A stretch of DNA of 60,166 nt, filler included, from Sphacelaria rigidula (taxonomy: Eukaryota), in assembly GCA_964200075.2 (NCBI GenBank). It is 8 parts of 8 records of this genome, joined end to end, with 100 filler letters (N's around TTAATTAATTAA, not from the genome) between each part and the next. Parts side by side here need not be neighbours in the genome. Positions count along the whole stretch, not along the records: positions 52,734 to 60,166 come from CAXNAA020014942.1; 7 more parts are not named here. The stretch is one strand, 5' to 3'. The stretch's first letter is position 1; the number at the start of each line of letters is the position of its first letter. The notes below the pieces were generated by a model that saw only the letters and a program-made list of their open reading frames with translations, was not told where the DNA came from and searched no databases. This document shows positions 55,175 to 60,166 of this stretch, one piece after another. The translations under genes and the position numbers were made by a program.

Positions 55175-55486
55175 CAACAACGTTTTCGTGATATTGAGAG
55201 CAGAGCGCGGATTGAGAGTGGCTTTGATCCTTCGCTTTAACTTAGCCAACTTTTTATTCCGTGTGTGCTTTTATCGTTGCCTCCATTACTACTGCCGTGT
55301 GCTTACAGCTACACATCGATATATCCTACTCAGGATATCAAGGGCCTCAATGGCAAGCCACTACAGAAACAATATCGGGCCTCGTGGAGGGGCATTTCGG
55401 AACTGAAACGATTCATTCAGTGACTGACCGCTTTTCACTCTCAATCGTATCCTCTACCACTCTCAATATCACGAAAACATTATTAT
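55175..55486. mobile_element. ~310-bp MITE
   Basis: TIR GTTTTCGTGATATTGAGAG...CTCTCAATATCACGAAAAC. Homologous copies at 24557-24860 and 26628-26911. Confidence 0.85.
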
Positions 55487-55764
55487 TCGTGAGTGTCCCG
55501 TCTTCTCGAATGAAACAACTGCCGGGATGTTGACCTGAAAAGTACTGTACGATTGTATACTGTAGACAAGGTGCCTCTCCACCTGTTGCGCCCATCATGG
55601 CAGCTGCAGCCAGTCTATCAATGCTATACACCTACCGATTTTCATCTCGATATATCATGCATCGTGAGGGATACTACGTACGAGATGAACCCGTAGTTTC
55701 GAGGATTTTTTTGATTAGGTGATGGGTGACGGATACCCGCCTGCTGCCAGCCATACATCGATCT

Positions 55765-56115
55765 ACAACAGTATTATGCCAGGCCGATTTTAAAGCCTGA
55801 TTCAACGTCGTGGTAGGCCCGGCCCGCAGCGGCGCGCCCGCATTGCCCATACCATACTTCACTAGTTTCAAAATCATATCGATGCATCATATCATCATTG
55901 TACCGGGCCAATTTTGGAGCCTGATACACATCCGTGCTTTCGATAGACCCGCGTCGGCGCCCACGCCCGCGTTGCTTATACCGCATTCTATCGAGAAAGC
56001 TGTCATGTCGATACGAGTATAATCTCGGTATAATGTGTGATTATTATATCGGGTGATATCGTGATATAAAACCATGTATAGCATCGTATCAGGCCCATTT
56101 TGAACCCTGTCACGT
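55765..56115. repeat. Diverged ~125-bp tandem repeat
   Basis: Recurrent ggccgatttt..agcctgat / gggccaattttggagcctgat / ggcccattttgaaccctg and cccgcattgc / cccgcgttgc. Confidence 0.6.
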
Positions 56116-56366
56116 ATCCCGACAGTACTGTCCCTCTCTAGGGCTATCAACCTTTTTTTGTGTGCTCCGCACTACTGCATCCTCGAACACAGGATCCAAA
56201 ACTAGAGCGCAGACACTCCGTCCGCATTAGCTAGCCCTTCGTGGGTGCGCAATGTAGTGGTCAGATCGACCTCAACCTTTACGTCTCGGTCTGTTCACAT
56301 GGTCAAAGCGCGTAAGGGAGGGGTGATGTGGAGAGCACATTGTTGATGTTTCTGCGGTTCTGTAAG

Positions 56367-56557
56367 CCCGGTGTAATGCGTGAGAGGACCGCGTGCTTAG
56401 AGGACCGCATCGGAATTTGAACACCCCTATGGTTAGGGTCAGGGGCGTGGTACCTGCAGGGACTGGCCCGATTGGTTTTGAAAAACATCGATCCTGAGGT
56501 ATTTTCAACTACGGCGCGGTCGTCTAAGCACGCGGTCCTCTCACGCATTACACCCGG
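56367..56557. mobile_element. ~190-bp MITE
   Basis: ~33-bp TIR GGTGTAATGCGTGAGAGGACCGCGTGCTTAGA and its reverse complement. Confidence 0.85.
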
Positions 56558-57086
56558 TTCCCTGATGGACAATAACACGAGTATCCGTAATTATCATTTC
56601 CCACGACGAACAGTTTGTTGGCCATCTGGTCACCAACGAGAGACTCTCAGCTACCGCTTCAATTGCCATCCATGGACGCAGGCTCTAGATAGTGTCATCA
56701 CATATTCAGGTGTCGCATAGCACCAGCACTACCGTATGGCGCTTGTTATGCCCCGAAAATATGCTCAGCAAAACGTTTGGGTAGTGACTTTTTCCTCACA
56801 AGTTTTCTCGACAAAACAGTTTCCGGAGCCGTTTATTAGATTTCTTGGGACTCCACACCAGGGGCCTTGTAGCAGGTTGCCTCTGGAGTCCTGTCAAGCA
56901 AAACGCAATAGTGGGCAATGCAGGTCGGGGCAGGGTATGACGTGTAACCCTGTGTAATTGCCCATCATGTTACAGTTGTATCAAGTTATTTTACATTGAA
57001 CGAAAAGAAGAAATTGTATGAGAAATCCGTATTGTTGCTTGGAAAGACCTGTCAGAGATCCATGCTATGGCCATAGATATTGGTTG

Positions 57087-57610
57087 TGGGGGCGGAGCGG
57101 AGGTGTGTGCTCATGATCTTACATGCCGTAGTCATGAAACCGTTGATCTCGCACCCCTACAAAGTCGGGACGGGGCACGTCGGGGTTTTACAGGACCAGG
57201 CTCGCCATCACCAAGCGTGAAGCACTGTGAGGTGTTTGGAGATTCGCATGAGGGGTGAGCTGCATCGAGTTAAGATTGCTCAGCCCAGGGCGTACTAATC
57301 ATCTTGCATATGAATGACAGCTTCGAATGAGTTTCTTCGTGTTCTGGAATCTCGACGTCCCGAGACAGCCACGAGTGATACACTGCCTCATGGATGCTCA
57401 CCAAATAAACACTACATGGTACGATCATCTCCTTTGCGCAGAGTTCGACTTCTCCACCCCGCATAATACGGTCTAGCTCGACCACCATCATGCTAACCGC
57501 AAAAAAACGCACAAGCGAGAAAAAACGGTATCCCTGGTTGCCTAGCTTTTGGAGTGAGTGGCGTGTTTGACAGCGTCGTTGCCGAGCGACGCCAGCCCTG
57601 CTGGGGGGGG
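57087..57610 (+). repeat. Same ~520-bp repeat, second full-length copy
   Basis: Colinear with 47183-47710. Confidence 0.85.
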
Positions 57611-58106
57611 TCATTGCTCCTGAGGGAAAATTTCCAACATCCCTTGCTCTACATCAACATGGAAGTGCCCGCCCGTGTGGTGCTTGCATATCATTCAAGT
57701 AAGTAAACAAAGGGTTGTCTGCAGTCACGTGCTGTGTGTTTTGCGTATTGTCCCCAATTTGTAAAAATCCCGTGTTTCTGGCCAGCAGCCGTGGAGCGCC
57801 TCAGCACGGGCACATCTGATCGAGCGATAACCCTCTCTCGGCTACAAAGAATAAGCCGCATTTAGTTGACGGAAATCGGCGGCAGCAGGTAATGACCAAC
57901 ACGAAGATGCGCCGAATGGAAGATGGAATCGGGCGTATTTGCGGACTTTCTGCGTTATTTTGACGTTGAGTCATGGCACAGAAAACATGCTTGGGGCCCA
58001 CCCGCACACCGAGCAAGAGGCTCTGCTTGTGACGGTTTTACTTGAGGGCACATCCTCGAAACACAAGGGAGTGGAGTGTCACCGCCTCCGTGTTCAAACG
58101 CGCTTA

Positions 58107-58273
58107 CGAAATTAGAAATAGTGAAGTGCACGGTAAGGGTTCCCGCCGGTCTCCTGGGGACAACAAACAAATAGCGGCACTGAAAACATCGGTTCTCGCT
58201 CAGTTCTTGTTGGATCGAGAACCTGAACAAGACCAGAAGACCTTGCTCAAGACAATCGAGAGCTATGTAACGG
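58107..58273 (+). CDS. Possible exon of an unidentified gene
   Basis: QIAALKTSVLAQFLLDREPEQDQKTLLKTIESYVT followed by a GTGAGC donor. Acceptor uncertain. Confidence 0.25.
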
Positions 58274-58677
58274 TGAGCGTGGTGTTTCATCGCGAACAGT
58301 AGATTTTGTACGGCATACAGTAGGTGTGGCTTCTAGCCTCACCGCTTGGTCGCTACAAAAACCGCCTTGCCCCGGTCATGTTCCCGTTTCTTTTTTTCAA
58401 GTCATGAGAAGGGTAGACACCCTCCCGATGCCCTGCAGGTGTGAGACACATGCTTGTACCGTGACACCTTCTGATGCGCACTGGGGACCATGAATGTTTC
58501 TAGCGCGGCGCGTCTTCGATTCACTGTGTTACACTCTCATCCAATATATTCTGGATGCCAGTGTACAACTTTTGGTATATGTGGACGTATCAGCCGGGAT
58601 CGATCAGGATTTGTTTTTTTACTTTTTTTTTAGTGCTACTCTACCTTCCTTCTGCGTTGCTTGTCTCCTTTTTTATC

Positions 58678-58873
58678 TCGAGGAGGAGTCAGTGGTCCCC
58701 TTCCCCCGTCGACCGTGAAGTCGAACTTTATGTACCCACGTCACAGTCGCTTTCAACTGTTTGGCATGATGTAAGACGGAATCCAAGATCCTGTGACTTC
58801 ACCAAGATTCGAACCCACGTTCCGAACGCCAGAAATTTTCGAGCGTACCAACTGAGCAACCGGGGCGACCGGC
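58678..58873 (-). mobile_element. tRNA-derived SINE, family B
   Basis: Minus strand has TGCTCAGTTGG (A-box) and GGTTCGAATC (B-box). A partial copy lacking the head lies at 27030-27130. Confidence 0.75.
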
Positions 58874-60166
58874 TGGACACTAGGGAATGAATACTGGAAA
58901 GCAGTTTGGTTGCGGCTCAGGGCAGTGGGCCAATCACAGCATTGTGTTTATTTGTTTTCGCCTTCGCTTTTCTATTTGTTTTTCTCTAGTCAAGCCATTC
59001 GCCCGAACGTTCTGGACAGGGCAGGAATACGTCAAATGCGCTGATAAGTCAACGCCATTTCAGTTGTTTCATCCTTCATTCTCGTGCAATCATTTGTCTC
59101 GTTCTGGCGGGAGAGGTTGCAAAACGGAAGAGATAGAAACCTCGGGAGGAGGGGGGGAGCGACGCGAAAAGGCAGAACACCAATCCAAAGGAGGTTTTCT
59201 CTTGTCCCACGGCCGCTGTGAGGAGCGACCGATGAAAAATTATACACGAGGTGAATGTGTACATCGAGAGCTACAGAGACTCACGTTGGGGCCGAGGAAT
59301 AAAACGGCAGCAAACGTTTAGCCATTGCTCACCTCAGTACGAGGTTGTTTTAAATGGACTTGGCGCGGTACAGGGTGAGCAGCAGTAATCTGCATTGTCG
59401 TTTGTTACATCGCTGTTCAGAACCAACCAGCGTCGAGCTGCTGGAGGTGTCCATATCAGACGGGTCTGCTCTAGGTTACGTCCAACAGACAAGAAGCACC
59501 TCATTAATTGGTTTACTGAGAGCTACGGTCCAGCCTCTCAGGTGTTAATGGGCAAGTACTGTATCTTGCGATGGATGTTTGAAGCACCTCGAAATGGGAG
59601 TGTTGCGTTGTCCGCCGGAGCTTCGCCGCGTCTCTTGGCTCTGTGTTGTGCCAAATCTCGCTCTAGACCCTGGACCCAAACAGGGTGAAACAGATGAAAT
59701 TACCGAAGGACAGTATTGTTTTTGCTGCCTTACTCTTTTTTGGCAAGAAATATCCTGAGCGGAAGACCAAGCACTACTATCAAAGGAGACCCGTTTTGAT
59801 TTGAAAATCGACCGGAATTGCTGCGTATGTTTCACGTAACCGCTCGACGTTGTTGGTTCATCGGACGACGGCTCACCAGTCTCGCTGCTGAATGGCCTCA
59901 TGGAAATTTCTTCGCTCCTTCCCCTTCGAGCCCCGGCAGGCAAGAGTACTTTTATGCGCCCAAAACACGTTCTTTTACGCTTGCAGCACTCTCGTCAACG
60001 TCCCGCAAGCAACACGGGCACGTTTCGCAATGCTGCTTCTACGCGCTCGCCATGGTGAAACAAGCCCCCCCCCCCCCTCCCCCCCCTACCAGAGAATAAA
60101 GCAACTCATTGTAGGCTGTCATCGAAATGCAAGGTAATCATTATGCTTTGGGCCGAACAATCTTGG

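Noticed and set aside
59100-59943. Candidate exons on both strands at the end of contig 8
   Set aside because: No consistent phase-compatible model or recognisable domain

Overview
Eukaryotic, intron-rich DNA, most likely a brown alga (inferred from gene structure, repeat landscape and an FNIP gene). The window is not one locus. It is eight unrelated 7433-7434 bp contigs joined by artificial 100-bp linkers (44 N + TTAATTAATTAA + 44 N). Manual splicing recovers partial genes for a multi-IQ-motif protein, threonyl-tRNA synthetase, an FNIP-repeat protein, a cardiolipin-synthase-type CDP-alcohol phosphatidyltransferase with a possible head-to-head neighbour, and mitoribosomal mL45. The best candidate for an undescribed system is at 40304-43493 (-). 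It encodes a probable protein-kinase C-terminus, a PPxY-containing disordered linker, and a divergent clathrin heavy-chain terminal-domain propeller that ends without the clathrin leg. The rest is transposon debris: MITEs, tRNA-derived SINEs, LINE and mariner fragments, and a very abundant ~520-bp repeat often bounded by G-runs. All protein assignments come from motif recognition by eye, not from searches.
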